A stretch of DNA of 64,000 bases, taken from positions 1-64,000 of the forward strand of contig KZ538079.1 of the NCBI GenBank assembly GCA_000934665.2. Reading direction: 5' to 3'. Made by a program: the position numbers and the translations under genes. Of this stretch, positions 22,901 to 37,700 are shown piece after piece. The DNA is from Catajapyx aquilonaris (taxonomy: Eukaryota). The stretch's first letter is position 1. Every line of letters starts with the position of its first letter. The notes beneath the pieces were generated by a model. That model worked only from the letters and a program-made list of their open reading frames with translations, searched no databases and was not told where the DNA came from.

Positions 22901-25900
22901 AAGACAGTAAGCCATAATAGTGGCGCCATATATGCGAGGGTTATGGTACTACTACGTGGATCCAATCTTGCCTAAGTGCTGTCGTGTGGAGTCTGGCATA
23001 TTGCAACCTATGCAGAGATGCAAAGCCAGCGAACCGCAACCACATGCCGCGATACATATTTCAAGGCAATTACCACCCTGTGCGGCTGGGACCCGAATAA
23101 AAATGGCGGGCAAAGGACTACCAATCGATACCACCGGTTTTTTTCATGGTTTTTTCGGTGGTCGTTAGGCCGATATATATGCAGCGTGGATGTGTAATGA
23201 GCTAGCCCTTGGGCGGGTTCCCATCATTTCCTCGCCATGTTTTTTTTAAGGTCTAAAAATGTGCCACAAAGTTCACCCTTACCGCAAATTTTTGGGCGGT
23301 CCTGAATGACCTGGGTCACGCGCCCTTAATAATTGAAGAGTACGCGGATGTTGTCATTGAATGACACATGGCCGAGATTTGGGTCCTTGACATTGATCGC
23401 CATGATTGTGCTCAGACCTCAGAATGTGGAGCATCTTTGTCAAGTGTGCTGGGTCCGAAGGGCGCTCATTATCTACGAGCAAGAAGGTACAGGGTGATAT
23501 AAATCTAGGGACATCCAGGATATGAATCAGGTTTCATACCCATTTCGTACCCATTTATGTCCATTTGTTACCTACGAGTTATCTATCTCGTACATGGCAC
23601 CCGCGGCTGCACTAGTTATGAAAATTTAATTTAAATTAAATTTAATTTTATTGTTTATATTAACATATCATTTACATCAATGTTATATTTCGTCTTATTG
23701 TTATTTATATTATATTTCATTTATATTAACATTTAATTTTCTTTCTTTTTTATTAGTTTTATTAGTTTTATTCATGTTCATTTTAGTTATTTCTGTATAT
23801 TTAATAAAATTGTATCAATTAAAAATTAATTTTAATGCTGATAAAATAATATAGCGTGTGTATAAAAGGCAATGTTTGTCCATAAAATTATAATAAAATT
23901 TAAAATATCGAATAGAAATAATTTTGTATAAAATTTGTTGATTGCATCTACCTATAGTTTTTTTAAACCATCAAGTTTACACAATAAATCATGGTTGTTG
24001 AGTGTTAGGAAATTTTTCCTCCTGTTTGATATTCGTCACGTCTCCCCCTCACGTTTATTCACATCCACATCAGCGCTCCTTTTGGCGGCCAAAGAAAGAC
24101 GTTGATGAAGCGCCTTCGCAACAGTTTACCACAGCCGCTCGGTGGTAACCAAGAATCCAAACAAGACTGGTGAAAAAGTGGCGCAACCTGCATGGCCCTC
24201 CTCCCAAATAATAATAATGTGGGGCCCCGCCCGCATTTGACACGACTACTACTGCGAGCAGGGCTTTGAGAAATGAAGGTGCACCCAGGGCCCCCCCTCC
24301 TCTCCAAATGGAAAGTTGCGGTTTGCAGAGTGATGGTCGCTGACCCCCATTGCCAACCTACAACCTCCCCCGTGCGCACCAGGGAGAGAATCATTAGTCC
24401 GGGCCTCCATCCGACACTGGTCATTCGATATCCCCTCGTGGGTACCATTTGCATTAGGACGGGACGTGCCACAAACGCAGGAATTATAGAAAAGTAATGG
24501 TCGGGTTGTGGTATGGGTTGTGTTCACAGGGATGTGGGGGCAATGGCGGGGGGCCAATCTTCACGGGCGCCGTACATGTGAGGGATATGGTACTACGGGG
24601 ACAGACTCGGGCAGAGTTGCCAAGTGGGTCACTAGTTGACAACTAACCTACATAGTAAATAATTAAACCGACAAAATAATAATAGTAAATACGAATATAA
24701 TCATATAAAAATAAATAGGCCTATCGTATAGCAAATGGTAAAAATACGAAATACGTAAACAAAACAAATTAATAATAAATGCGTAAAGTAATTGATAAAT
24801 AAAATTATTAACGAATAAATAAATCATTGATAAATAAATGACGAATGAATAATAAATAAACGAAGAATGAATAATAAATAATAAATTTATTAATGAATGA
24901 TAAATCACGAAATAATAAATGGCATAATTAGTGAAAATAAAAATACTAAATGAATAAAACCTAATTAAATAATAATTAAGCGTTAATATAATTACATCAA
25001 TTAGTATATAGAAATATTGCCTTGGTCCAGCAACGTGCTCGTCCATTATTGCGCATGACGTGATTGAAGTACCGCAGTGATTGCTTCCTGTTTTTTTTTG
25101 CAACGAATTGGCTGCCAATTTCATCAGTTATGAACGGCCGGGTATAATTTTGTTTAGCAATTAATATTTATAATGGGGCGCGATTTGTTGCTGGATCCAA
25201 GGGGGGACCCAACTTGCATTATTGTCAGATGGTATCGACTGGCATGATATCCACCCCATACGAAATGAGCAATTACGTCACTGGATGTCACGAAAAAGCC
25301 AGCCAGTCACGCCGTTTAACAAGCACGTCCAGATCATTACTTCCCCAATTGTCTCTCACATGTTGTACTGTACAACCCTCCGTCCCCTTACCAAATACCA
25401 GGTGTATGAGTGGTTGAAAAGAAGGTGCAGCAGGTGGCCAATGGAGAATGTAAAAAAGTTTTGGCAGCTCTCGTGCAGCCTATGGTCTATTAGATTCACA
25501 AGAGGGGACCATTCAACACTTTTTTGTCAGATGTTCTCAGGGGAGAAAACGGTAGGCAGACAAGTTGGGAAAGAGTAGGGTTGGCTGCTATGTGAGTGTT
25601 GGCAACAATGTAGCCGGCTATGCCAATCAGCACGATTATGTAGTACCATATACCTCACACAGATGGCGCACTTCTGCCAATCTCCATGGCGTCACAAGAT
25701 GCCTACACCAGAATGCCAACCTTCCTTTCAAGAATCCGGGTCTGGTTTTCGCCAACTAATTAGCGTAATGCGAATGCCTCCAAGCATGGCCTGGAAATAA
25801 TAAATTGCGGGAGAATAATTCGTGGAATTTTGTAGGATATTGAGAGAGACAAGAGCAGAATGCGGAACAATGGTTCCGGCAAATTTGTAGTAGTCGATTT

Positions 25901-26639
25901 TGCATTGTCGGCCTCGAGTGATTTGTTGCGAAGTTTGTTAAAGGCAGCTGGGACTGGGTTGGAAATAGTTAAAAAATGGTGTGGAAAAGTTTGTTTATTC
26001 CCCCGTGTGGATGGAGAGTAATGGACCAGGATTATTCCCTCTAGACTCTTAGCCGCGTATAGCCCTCCCCAACAACTGCGGTTGACGATTTTCCTCTCTC
26101 TAGTGTTGGCGAAACAAACTCGTAGAGGATGTAAATCCTGGTGCCAGCGTCCCAAAAGTTGCTTGGTTCCCCGGGTTGTTCACCTCGTAACTCAGTTTAG
26201 AGGAAAGTTGCATTGTTTCGTGGAAAATTGGCGAGTTCGAGGAGTCTCTGTAGTGTGCACATGACAGCGTTAAATAGCGACGGTTATTTGCTTAGCTGGA
26301 GTATTTTTGTCAGTTTATTGAACAATTCAACTCTAAAATGTAGCATTATTTAACAAAAGGGCTGGACAGTGGAAAGTAGTACCATATCTGTCACACAGAC
26401 TGATGACTCACCGCGGACAAGCCAATTCTGACGATGATGCTCATTCTCAGTGTTTATATGATCGTCGCAATATCCTTGTAATCCCCACATACAGTGTTTG
26501 TAATCCTGATACCTGTCTCGACTGTGATTTAAACTAATCTAACTGATCCTGGAACTGATCCCGTTGAGCCCTCTTGATCCCCTAAGTATGGGAGGGGTTG
26601 ATACCAGCGTGACGGCCCGTGACATGGAGGTGGAGGATG

Positions 26640-26830
26640 CTTTATCTCCTAATCAGGGTGGCCAATTTCGAGTGAGTTTCCTTTCCGAAATCCAGCTTCC
26701 TCCTTATCTCCCCCTCCCTCCCACCTGCTCCCACCAGTGACAAACCCAAATCCCATCCACCCTATACCTCAGCTTCCTTTTCCTCAGAAGACACCCATAT
26801 AGAAGCCATCTGCTCCCTTTGAAGTAAGGT
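26640..26830 (-). mobile_element. Possible highly decayed LINE (RTE-like) ORF fragment
   Basis: Minus strand reads GEIRRKLDFGKETHSKLATLIRR, resembling the EIxRRI...KL segment after LINE RT domains; otherwise broken. Confidence 0.25.
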
Positions 26831-26847
26831 TGGAACATGATAGATGC

Positions 26848-26907
26848 AGCCAAAACGTTGGACACCTTTACACAAAAAATTGTGTAAATGTGTCCAACAT
26901 TTTGGCT
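26848..26907. repeat. Near-perfect palindrome, ~28-bp arms
   Basis: AGCCAAAACGTTGGACACCTTTACACAA / TTGTGTAAATGTGTCCAACATTTTGGCT, 2 mismatches. Confidence 0.9.
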
Positions 26908-29900
26908 TCTGATGATCTTCGTGTTCTTACTATTTCGTCATAAATGGTGATAAACATGATAACCCTCATTTTTGTCATTTTTGACCTAAACACCTAGCAA
27001 CTTTGTAAAAGACATGATAGTTCACAGCATAATGAAATGCCCTATGTATATTACTTTTTAAAAAGTAGAACACGCAACTGGTGTCTGATCGAAGCCATGT
27101 TTTTTTCCTCTTTTGAAACCCTCTGAACTCTTATGGGCTTCCAAGAAAAAAAAAAATCCAATTTTAGGATACGACCGAGCCTTGGGAGAGCTAGGGCGAT
27201 AAGAGATCCACTTTACAAGGCTGGTAACTCTATCCCCTTTGCACACTATTCGGAACACCGGAAGTTCCACCCAATTGATTGCATCCGATTTCTTGAGGTT
27301 CAAACTGCAAAATGTGGGTATTTTTTTTTCAAGGGTTCAGGTCATCGACCTTTTACCAATCAATACTTTCCAAACACCCTTTTTTTTTGGTTGGTTATAT
27401 GTCAAGCTTAAACCCTTACCCTTCAGATAGGTTTTATCCAATCCCTCCAGACTCTGTAGATTACAAGCCTAATAAATCCAAGCCCAGGTGACTTTTTTTT
27501 CTCATCTCTTCTCTAACCCCCTCCTTTAGTTTTCCACCGACGGGAAAGAGCAAGTTGCGATGAAAGTGAGGAGCTCTCTGGATTGGGGGTATAGAGAAGG
27601 CTTCCAGTGTTAATCGATCCGGGGGACGGTTAGCACACCTTTGAGCGCATGTCCTTTTCCAGACCCGGGGACATTTGGGGAAAGGTACAGTAGCCGCCAA
27701 AAAACAAACAAATCTGACATTACGCTTGAAATAACTCGCTAATGCTGAAAAAGGCATGGTTGTTACATTTAACCTAATATTAGTAGCTAATACTGGCTCC
27801 AATAACGGCTGTTTTATGCTAAACAGCTTAGGGTCAAATAAAATGTTACAACACTGCACAAAACGGGTTTTTTAAACATAATAAAAATATGGGACAGAAA
27901 TGAGAAAATCTTAATTCGTGCACTAGCGGCATTAATTTTTGGACATATGGCTTATAATTTTTAAACAGTGAAAAAACAGTGAGTTTGGAATGTCTGAATA
28001 TCAGTCTTCTCTTTTTCCCTGGAAATTGTACGATTGAAAGGAAAACAAGTGAAAAAATAATGAAATGCCTGATTCATAATATAATAACGGAAGAAAAAAT
28101 GGACTTAAAGTAGGCCTAATTATTTTAAAAAAACATTTTCTAGTTTTAATGACCCCACTTTGCCCTATATTCATTCCATTCGAAGATTTAGGTACTGTGG
28201 ACAGAGCCAGCTGATATTAAACATAACCAGAGATTTTTCAGGCTGTAATTTTGGTTGATGCAATTGTGCATGTTCTAAGTGGCTTTTAGTGTGTTTTTTT
28301 TGTCAATTTCACTGTTAAATTTACGAGCAGTCTTTGCCAATGATGGCAGCAACCAGAAGTGGGCAAGTGTTGGAGGTCATCTTTCCTTTTTTTTTCTCGG
28401 CGCGAAGGGTCTCCATCCTTCAAGAAGATCCTGTTGCAAAATTTATTTTAGCCGGTTCATTTTTGGCAAAATGGCCTGACCACTCTTGAAGTGGCGATCT
28501 AAAACCCGATCCGACTGAGCATAAATGGCCGCTTTCATAGCCACAGTGCATGAGCGATTAGATAGGAATGCACGTGACGTCAATAATAATGGCGAAGAAA
28601 AAAAGAGTTGTACTTTACATGGAGCAGAAGGCCAGTGACCAGGGGCGATATGCAACATGAGTCTTATTGTGTGGGTTAAACCTTCAACTACCGGTAGTGT
28701 AACCAAACATGTGTTTCAGAAACTGGTTTTGCGATGTCGCGAATTTTTGTGCTGTAATCCTTGAAAGTCGTTTCCGTCATTTTGGATACCCTTGAAACAC
28801 CCTCAGAAACGGACCGTTTAAACACTGACGTCACAGTGTTATTTTCTGCAGAAATTTTTTATTGCTTACTCCTTAAAACTGGTACAACAAAGGTGCGGTT
28901 TTAGCATGGTACATTTAAACCCGAAGAGATTCTGGAATGGCGCCAGACTGAGCGTCCTTGTGAAGAATAATTTGACAACCATAAGGATTCTTCTTCGAAA
29001 AGGCGCCATGCGGTTTTTTCAGGGTTACCAAGAGCAAAAGTTTCGAACCTGTTCTTGGAAATTTATAGGTCGGCGATCAAGTTTTCCACGCAACGATTAA
29101 TTTTCGTGGTGGTTAAAAAAAAGTCATATCATGCAAATGAAGATGGCTTCTTTAATCCCATTGGATCGCTCTTGACACGGGCGACACTTTTTTTTTCGTA
29201 GGGTTTGGAGAATGTCCGTAAACAATTTACCAGATGGAGTTGTTAGTATTCAGGAGTAGTCGTGCAGGGCTTGAAATGTGTGAATGGTCTGGTGTATTAA
29301 TGCCAGGGGAAGGAAGGAAGAAGAAGAAGAAGCCATGGCGACACTGAAATCTTGATGGAAGCTGGGGTTGAGACTTCTGAAAAAGTCACGTACAGTGGGT
29401 TGTGACCTGTACTTAAAATTTTAATGCGAGCTTCAACAAAAGACGCCGCGCCGGTATGTGCCACAAAAGGTGAGGGCTGGCCGTGACCAATTGAAATATT
29501 GGAAATATATTTTTTTTAACTATTGGGTGCATCGAAAACACTTTCCATCATTTGTATTTTTGCAAGGTCATTTCGATAAGGGCATTACGGCATTACAAGG
29601 CCGATTTCATCCCTCGAGCAAATTAGGCCTAAACACAGGCTGTGCATGCACAGGTTACATAACACTTCCAATAATTGTGGCGGGGGTGTTTGGCCCTGGA
29701 ACATTTTATTCCTCTTGGAGAAAACCCCCTCAGGAAAATGTTGGGCGAAAGGTTGAAGGATAGGCCAATAAATTCTTGATGCCTAATGCCGTACAATTTG
29801 CGAGTCCTTTTATCAGGGGAAGAAGGAGATGGTTCGCATTTTCTTACCACCAAAACTTGATATATGGCGACTTATATCACTCCACTTGGTAGGATGGTGG

Positions 29901-32900
29901 GGAGGGGGTTAGACGTGGAGAATCTCTTTACATGACAAATTATTCCTGAAGTCTGTGAAACTTTTTTTTCACACTCCCACCTCTTAAATCACTTCCTGTA
30001 TAACAAGGGCGACGATTGTGAGTCTGAACGAGGGAATTTTATGAACCCACCTTTTGGCTTCCATCCAGTCATTTTCGAGCCCTATTAATTTTTTAGCCCA
30101 TGCAAAAAAAAGGTAAGGATTTATAATGAAGCCTATGAAGATTAAATTAATCCTCGTGGATTTAAAAAATATATATAGTTATTACATACAGCGCATTAGA
30201 AATTTTTCTATAAAGCTGAGTAACAAATTCAATTCTAAGCTTTTACACCTGACATGTTGATACACCCTGAAGGCATCAGGAATTAAACCGTTTTCTTCGT
30301 GGGTGGGAAGCCTTTACTTGCCACAAAGGGCCAGATTTTCCTTTCCTTCGTAAACTTAAACCTTTACAAGACTCCATATTTCCGGGGCCTGCTTTGCACC
30401 GGGAGACATTCACAAGAATGGGCCATACCTATTATGAGTTGAGAGGCAAGAAATATGGCGGCTTTAAATGTGCTCGGAGGAAAAGGAAGGATATATTCTC
30501 AGATGGAGGTCTAGAAAAGGGCTGATCCCTTAATTAATTTTCCCACCCCCTGAAGGACGATTGTGTGGGTCGACGCGTGCTGGGTCTGACTCAAAATTAC
30601 CCTTGGAATGGTGGGTAACAACTTGGGGGCAGTCGTTAAGTAAAAAAAAAAAAAAAAAAGTGGGGAAAAAAAGTATAGTTTCACGGTTGGATTATACAGT
30701 CAGGTTGCCAAGTCTTATCGTAAAACCGAGAGTGGAAAAAAAACTGGCTGCTTTTAGGTCCAAATGGTATTGCCAAATGTTGTGGCCCGGGTCTAATGTG
30801 GATTTAATTAAAGTTCATTGCCATGGCGCGAGATATTAAAAAGAGGTTCTTTCTTTTTTGGATTATTATTATTAGAGGATCTAGGCCACGCTCTTCTTGC
30901 TTGATATTGAGTTTCGAGCCTGGAGCTCCGGCTCTTTTGTGAGGCTGAGAGTTATATCGGCGAAGAAATTTTCTGGGGCTAAACCGCTCTTGCGAGGAAA
31001 TATTCTATGAACAGTATGAATTTTCTGATGCGATTATATGCCGACGGGCTCTTTTGGCTTATCTTTAGTTTCAGGGCACTCTTAGGATGAGAGCGTAGCA
31101 GTTTCCACTCGACCTGGCAGAAATCTGATAGCACCCTTTGTGGATAGAGAACAAATTTATTATTAAATAAAGCCTCTACTATTTAATAGGAAATTTGTTC
31201 TTGTTCATATTATGCTTTTACAATGACAATAAATATATTGTGATTAATTTATTATAATTATTTCTAATACCATTGAAATTGACAATTGCTTGTTATATAA
31301 TCAAACACAATTTTGTATAATAAGTTACCGTATTAACAATATTAAAATAATTATATATTAATCTGCATGAATTTATATAAAAAAATCGCGTTTGGGTAAG
31401 TGCATAGTTGGGACGATTTGTTGATTTTTATATTTTATTCGGGAGATTACTGACGAAATTTTTTTAATTGTTTCGAAAATTATTTTTTAAATCGTGCAGT
31501 CTGGAAAATATTAAAAAACTGTCAGGAATAAAAATATCATTTTGTAAACTTATGCGGTGAAATTCAGACCAAGTTACAGATTTCATGTAACAGCTGAATT
31601 TTTATTAAATATTTATACGGATAATTTTTGCTAGCAGTATCTTTCAGAATTATTCGCCTGGAAAGGTTAAGAAAATGACTATGTAGGTACACATTGCTAA
31701 TACTAGACATACAGTATGTTAGAATATTTTCGTACTTTTTACGACTGGTCTTTTATTGCCGAATTTATTGGCAATCTGCTCGAAATAAACCTGCCGTTTG
31801 ATTAGCGCATCAGTGCGTAACTCACCTTTTTTGCCACCATTTTTATGACCTCTTCCGCCACGTGGGGGACTTAAAAACCTGAGTGTTACACCGCGTGAGT
31901 TATGTGCCCCAGTGAAAACAAGCAGAAGAGTCCTCTCACAAGAGAGGCAGCCCAGCAATCGTGGCAAAAGTGGTGTAAGGCGCCGCCCCAAATTACTAAG
32001 GGTGGGTTATACATTTTTTTTTGTTGGTTTGGTTTGGTTGTCCCTCCCGATGTTCCCAGCTGATAAAAATCACACGTGTGGGTTGCGCTCTCCCAAATAT
32101 GGCCCACGTCTCTACAAGTCCCCGAAAATCTTGGCCCTTACCTGACCCAGGGACCACACCCAGAATCCTCTTTAGGTTAATGGCTTACTGGCACGAATAT
32201 TCGGGTTTCCGGGATTTTTTTATTTGGGAAATCGATTTTTAAAAATGCGGGGGTGGCTTATCTTCGGTTCTGATTGGTGGTTGAAAATCCATAACGGTGA
32301 AGTGTAATGTTTCGTCAAGAGAGATAAGTGCTGGTGGGAATGGCCTTAAGTTTTCTAGTAGTTAAGACACTCCAATATCCTATACGAACTCCTGGGTACC
32401 TCATCAAGCATTCTCCGACCATGCAGTAACACAGATTTAGTTGTTTGCTCCCACGCTTCTAGACTATCTGATAAAGAACAGTCGCAACTGGTTAGAGGTC
32501 CGGATTGCTGGAGCAAATAGATTAGCACTGAGTCTGACTGGGCAGCAAGTCCCTTTGTGACCAAGCAAAGAGAAGGAAAGTTTTCTTCCCAATCCCTAGC
32601 TTCTAGCAAGAGGAAGAAACCTTTTTCTCATCAGAAGTGTCTGACATCCTCCCACCCGATTTTGGCAATAGAAGGGGGGCCACTTTGCAACGTTCGTTCG
32701 GAAGGCTTCCAAGGGAATGCAATCAAGGAGATGCCTATCTGGTTAGAAACCCTCTCTCTGCTGTAGCAAGGAAGAAAGAAGCAAGGAGAGAAAGTTCTGC
32801 CCCCCTCTGTCCTCCCAACTCATATAGAGTCGCAGCATCCACCCCCACAATTTGCATCCGAATGACATGGTCGAGTGCAAGAAATTGCCTGGAAATTGCA

Positions 32901-33420
32901 CGGTTTTGCAAAAGGATTTTAGCATAGAGAGGAGGTTAATAGACAGAGTGTTTGGTATTGATTCAGACCAACTTCTAGAGTCGAAATTCAGTGGACTTCT
33001 TTGTCTGTGGTGAATATTGTTCAGCCTGTTTTTTTTCAGGTCCTTATCCGGAGTCTGGGCGTAATGATCAAGTCTCGATAATTGAATTTGAGAGAGGCTG
33101 GGTATATGGGGCGGTGGGATCAGCAGATAAGAGGCGTTGTGACCTGCTCCGAAGCATGGATGTCTTCTTATGGGTATCTGGCCCGATTCGACACGGTTTT
33201 GGGAGAAGCATTATCGGGTTACACAATCCGGAGGCCCTCGAGCAAATGGCTCTAGATTTTGGAAGGAGATTTGAGTAGATGCAGCTTGGCGGAGAATGAG
33301 AGTCAGAATAGCTTGCTGGAAGTAGCAAAATATTCTAAGATGTTGCTGGCAAATCACGTGAGCGTGATTAGAGTAGACCTTTTCACGTTTACTGCTATTG
33401 TCCCCAACGTCAGTTTTTTT

Positions 33421-33535
33421 TTGTTCATTTTAGACTTTTTCGAAGAAAATGTCTTATAGCACAGCTCTGTCTGTCTGTCTGTCGACAGGTATCAGACAGA
33501 CAGACAGAGCCGTGCTATAAGACTAAAATGAACAA
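33421..33535. repeat. Long inverted repeat with (CTGT)n/(ACAG)n core
   Basis: 31-bp arms 33451-33481 / 33493-33523 (1 mismatch) plus outer 12-13 bp arms. Confidence 0.9.
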
Positions 33536-34643
33536 GTAGTTACATTAAATTATGTCGACTTACTTGTGCATTAGAGAAATTAATGTAAAACTCTTAGGCT
33601 ATATGCAGTATTTGTAGGCACTGTTCATAAATTTTCATTAATTGTGGAACATGTTACACTTTAGAATATTAAATTTTTTTGTATGAAAGCAGCTTCTGAA
33701 GTCTACGAGGTGATTCATCGTTCAAAAATATTCTGAAAAGATTGGAGTCAGGCCCATTTCCAGCTAATTGCCGAAATAGCCTTAAAACGACCGTCCTAAT
33801 CTTTATACGTCAGCTTCCAGCCTCCAGATAAGACCCGCTGAATAAGAACCAAACTGTTAAAACTTTCTTAGTAATCAGCCATTTTTTTTTTTTTTTTCAA
33901 AAAAAGAGAGCGTCGTTAGATGATTAACCCTCGCCCCGTTATTTTAGATTGAAATCCTTGCTGCATGTCCAAATTTTTTCACACCCAATTAGGGTCGAGA
34001 ACAGGAAACTGAAAGATAATTCTTAATTGTTGCAGACGGAGGAGACCGGGGTTTCTTGGCTAATGCAATAACCAGATGCGTAGACATGTTTGCGTACCGA
34101 ATAGAGTGACAAAATCCCTTTCATCAAGGAAGAGAAAGAAAGCGAAAGGGGGGGCTGAGTTGGAAAAACTCAAAGCAAAGTCAACCTCGAAAGGCTCAAG
34201 GAAACATGTTCTCTGAGTCAGTGTGTGAGTGTGTGTGGGTGGAATCATATGTGGGTTGCAACCGACGAAACTCAACGTATTTCGTACCACTGTGCAATTT
34301 TAGCAACGGTTCTACACACACACATGTGATTTCTAAATATAATCCAATTAAAATGCATTAAAATGGACGTGGCTGGAACAACATCGCGGCCTTGCCCGTT
34401 TCCCTCTTTGGCAAACCGACATAATATCTGCGGTATGCCGGTAGTGTCTTGTAATAAGTGGATTTCGAACGCACCCAGTTTGCCACACCTGGTAACCCAC
34501 CCTGTCTATGCAAATATTGAATTAACTGTCAAGTGAAAGCTGTCACATGTCATTTTAGACAAATCGTGTACACTGACATCCAGAATAACGCCGGTAAACG
34601 TAGTGAAATAAATAATCAGCAAGAATATAGCAAAGTAGAAAAA

Positions 34644-34784
34644 ATATTATAAAAGGCAAAGTTTATTTGTTTGCCCTGATTTGGTTACCATGGCAACAAC
34701 AAATCTCTACGGAGTTGCCATGGTAAAGTGAACACAAAACCATGGCAACAACAATGACGCGCGAAGAACGGGTTCCGCTGCTAG
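34644..34784 (+). mobile_element. Short non-autonomous Helitron-like element
   Basis: 5' TATTATAAAAGGCAAAGTTTATTTGTTTG; 3' GC-rich GCGCGAAG...CGCTG then CTAG|T. Confidence 0.5.
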
Positions 34785-37700
34785 TGTTATAATAGTGTAA
34801 ATAATAAATTGATATAATTCATTAATGAACTCAGTGTAAATGGTTAATCCAGATAGTCAGAATCGGTTAGCAATTTTTCGACCTATGATGCGTATTAGCC
34901 TACTGTATTAAGCACAGTTGCTATACTTGTAGAGGTTATTCTATAGTAGTATGTAGCTGGTGATATTAGGATTTAGGTTGTCATTTATAGATGTGACCCA
35001 CGTCATAAATTTTCCTGATTGTCAAATCGAGTGCTTGGAAAGAGGACAATTCGATTATGCCGCACCTGGAAACCTTGTTGAGCAAATATTGGATTTTTGG
35101 TCCTATTACCAACTGTAGAGCAATGAGTTTTTGCCGGTGGCCAATTTTCATAGAGTTCGTTATGAACATGGAAGTTTGGCACCTGTTGGGCTCGTGTGGT
35201 ATAATCAAGCACCGAAATGTTATTAAAGTTGGGTAATGCACTAAAATGTCGCAACTTTACTGCCAGCCATTTATTTACTGCCGTAGTAATTCCGGCTAAT
35301 AAATTCTCACGATAACAACGTTCTTTGCACGATTAATTTTAGTGACTTCATTACACGCAACGAGTTCAGCAATCTCTTTGTCGCTAAATTATTTTGGGCG
35401 GTGTTTCACTCCTTATCAATTTTGCAGTAGTATATGGCACCCAGTGCTTTTTAGTTCCGACAATATTATCCGGATCGGTTATACATATTTTTACTCATAA
35501 ATGGATGAAAAAGTGAACCACAGATTTTGGCCACTCCTTTCCCAAATTACGAAATTTGGTTATATGAAAATAGCGAATTTGCACATCCTCCAACTAAAAA
35601 TTGCACACGATGGCTTTGACTATTTTGATTTCGCTTTTTACGGCTATGCATCGCAATAATTGAAAATTGGCAATTGTACAGTTAATTACTGTTCAGTAAA
35701 GCAGTTCACATTATTTTAATGATTGCGCAATTTTGGTGGCACAATGTGGCCATGCAGTGGGCTGGCAGTGGGAGAGCAATAATGTACCCACACGAACTTC
35801 ATTATTATCAGTTTATAATTTTAATAACCCGAATAATGTACAGTATACTCAAATCGTCATCGATTATTATAATCTCATTATTTGCTGTTATTTCTTCTTT
35901 TTTTTACAGCCACATTACTTACATTTCGAATTTTTCCTCAAATGAATCATGAAATAGAGATATGGCCAAAGGTCTGGACGCGGGGTAATGAAATAATTAC
36001 CGCAATTAAGATATGAAATAAATGGGATAAAATAAAATACATCTTATGTAGTCCAAATAAGATTAATTAATGAGTGATAAATATTTAAGAAAGCGTATTA
36101 ATGAAATACCATTCAAATCGAGCTTTTTTTAAAAATTTCACAATAGTACAGGGTGTTCCGCAAGGTCGCTTGGACGACCTTTCTTCTATCAGCAGCCTCC
36201 GCCTATTGCATCGACCCCCAGTGAAAGTGTCCTAAGCACGTGCAATTGCGCAGCTCCTATTTGGAAACCCTCCCACCCCCTCCTCGCTTGATTTCCAAAT
36301 GGTACACGGGCCATCAAGGAAACACAGATAGGCTAGACCACATAGGTGTCTGCGGTGTAATAAATATTCCCTCGCTATAGCTGGGTCGTGCTCGCCAAGT
36401 GGTTATTCATTCAAGGCCGCGCCGTGTATTCAAGGGGACCGTGAACCTGGCAGAAATTCTGTCGTCGTTTGCCCTTCAAGGTGGTGGTTGAGAGGAATCA
36501 GGTCCGGTTGCCCATAATAGGAAGCGGTGGACCCCAACCAGCCCCTTTGCAGCATCCATACCACCTGATGATGATTTCTTCTTCTTTTTTCATACGCTTC
36601 CTATTTGGTGGTGAATATGTGGACTACAAACCTGTCGATATTTTAGTACTATTATGAACATTGGAATACCCGGTGGCTATACGTTATCTATAGTAGACTC
36701 TGCATCCCATCAGTGGCTGAAAATTCCGGTCAGTTGATGGATGCATCGGGTTTGAATTGATGGGCGGAGGCGTCGTACCACGCTGTGAACGGTTGATAGG
36801 TTATCCAATAGTTTTGATGGGCGGATAGTACCCGGCTTGCGTGACGTTACAAAACGTTGGTCCCCCCCATTCATAACGGCATAAATTCGCTAATGAAAAA
36901 AGAGGCCAAACGGCCCATTTCTTAGTATAAACGAGCGTGGGATCCACCAGAAAAAGTGCGACACAAAAAAGCGTGTCCAGGAATGTGGCCCGGGGGACAG
37001 CGGCAGAGAAGAATCCGGGTGTCATCCGAGAGGAGAGGATTTGTCAAACCCTAGGGTGCTTACTCCTGACGTCGTTTTGTTGATTAGCCCCGTGGTGTCA
37101 AAAAAGCGGATGATTTACGGCGTCCGAGAGCGGTTTTAACGAGATGAAAAGACTTAGTTGGCGGACGCTCGTTACGGGGGCGCTGCGTCGCCTGGAGCGC
37201 CATCTGTCATCATGCTCGCGCACTGCGTCAAAGTGAACCCTAAATATAATTGGTTGCGTGTATATGTCCGGGGTGAGTCATCAGCTAGATGCTTGCAGTA
37301 CTAGCGTGGCAACAATTATATTAATCACTCTCGATGGTACCATATGGTGTTAACAATGATTGTTCTTGATTATTAATAGGCCGTGCGAAGAATAATTGCC
37401 TCCGCTGTTAGTAAATAATGTATAAAGTCGGGATTCACCAACCTGGTTGAACATTTTAACTTTGGTTATATCAAGAATTGCCATAGCAACCATTGTTGAC
37501 ATCAACCAAAAGTAAAGATTTTCCGGAAAAACCTCGGATTTATAATGCTTTTGCTGTACATAATCTCGGTGAAACCGACCATAAATATATTCAAATGTGT
37601 AGAAATATTCGTGTTAATTCTAACGTGCTTAACATAGTTCGTGGAAGCTCGTAACGAGGGCGCTTCACTGAGCATGCGCGCCACCTGTCATCTCCCTGGT

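Noticed and set aside
23651..25124. Hydrophobic F/I/Y/L-rich ORFs (23651-23854, 24663-25124; also 58228-58443)
   Set aside because: Translations of AT-rich low-complexity sequence, not membrane proteins
32355..32609. LINE C-terminal zinc-knuckle-like peptide (SCDCS...EQTTKSVLLH); similar hint near 49160 (WRALNKIK)
   Set aside because: Key His/Cys residues are missing and the similarity is too short to support a call
37264..37280. ATG TCC GGG|GTGAGT micro-exon
   Set aside because: Phase 0, incompatible with the phase-2 series; no other support
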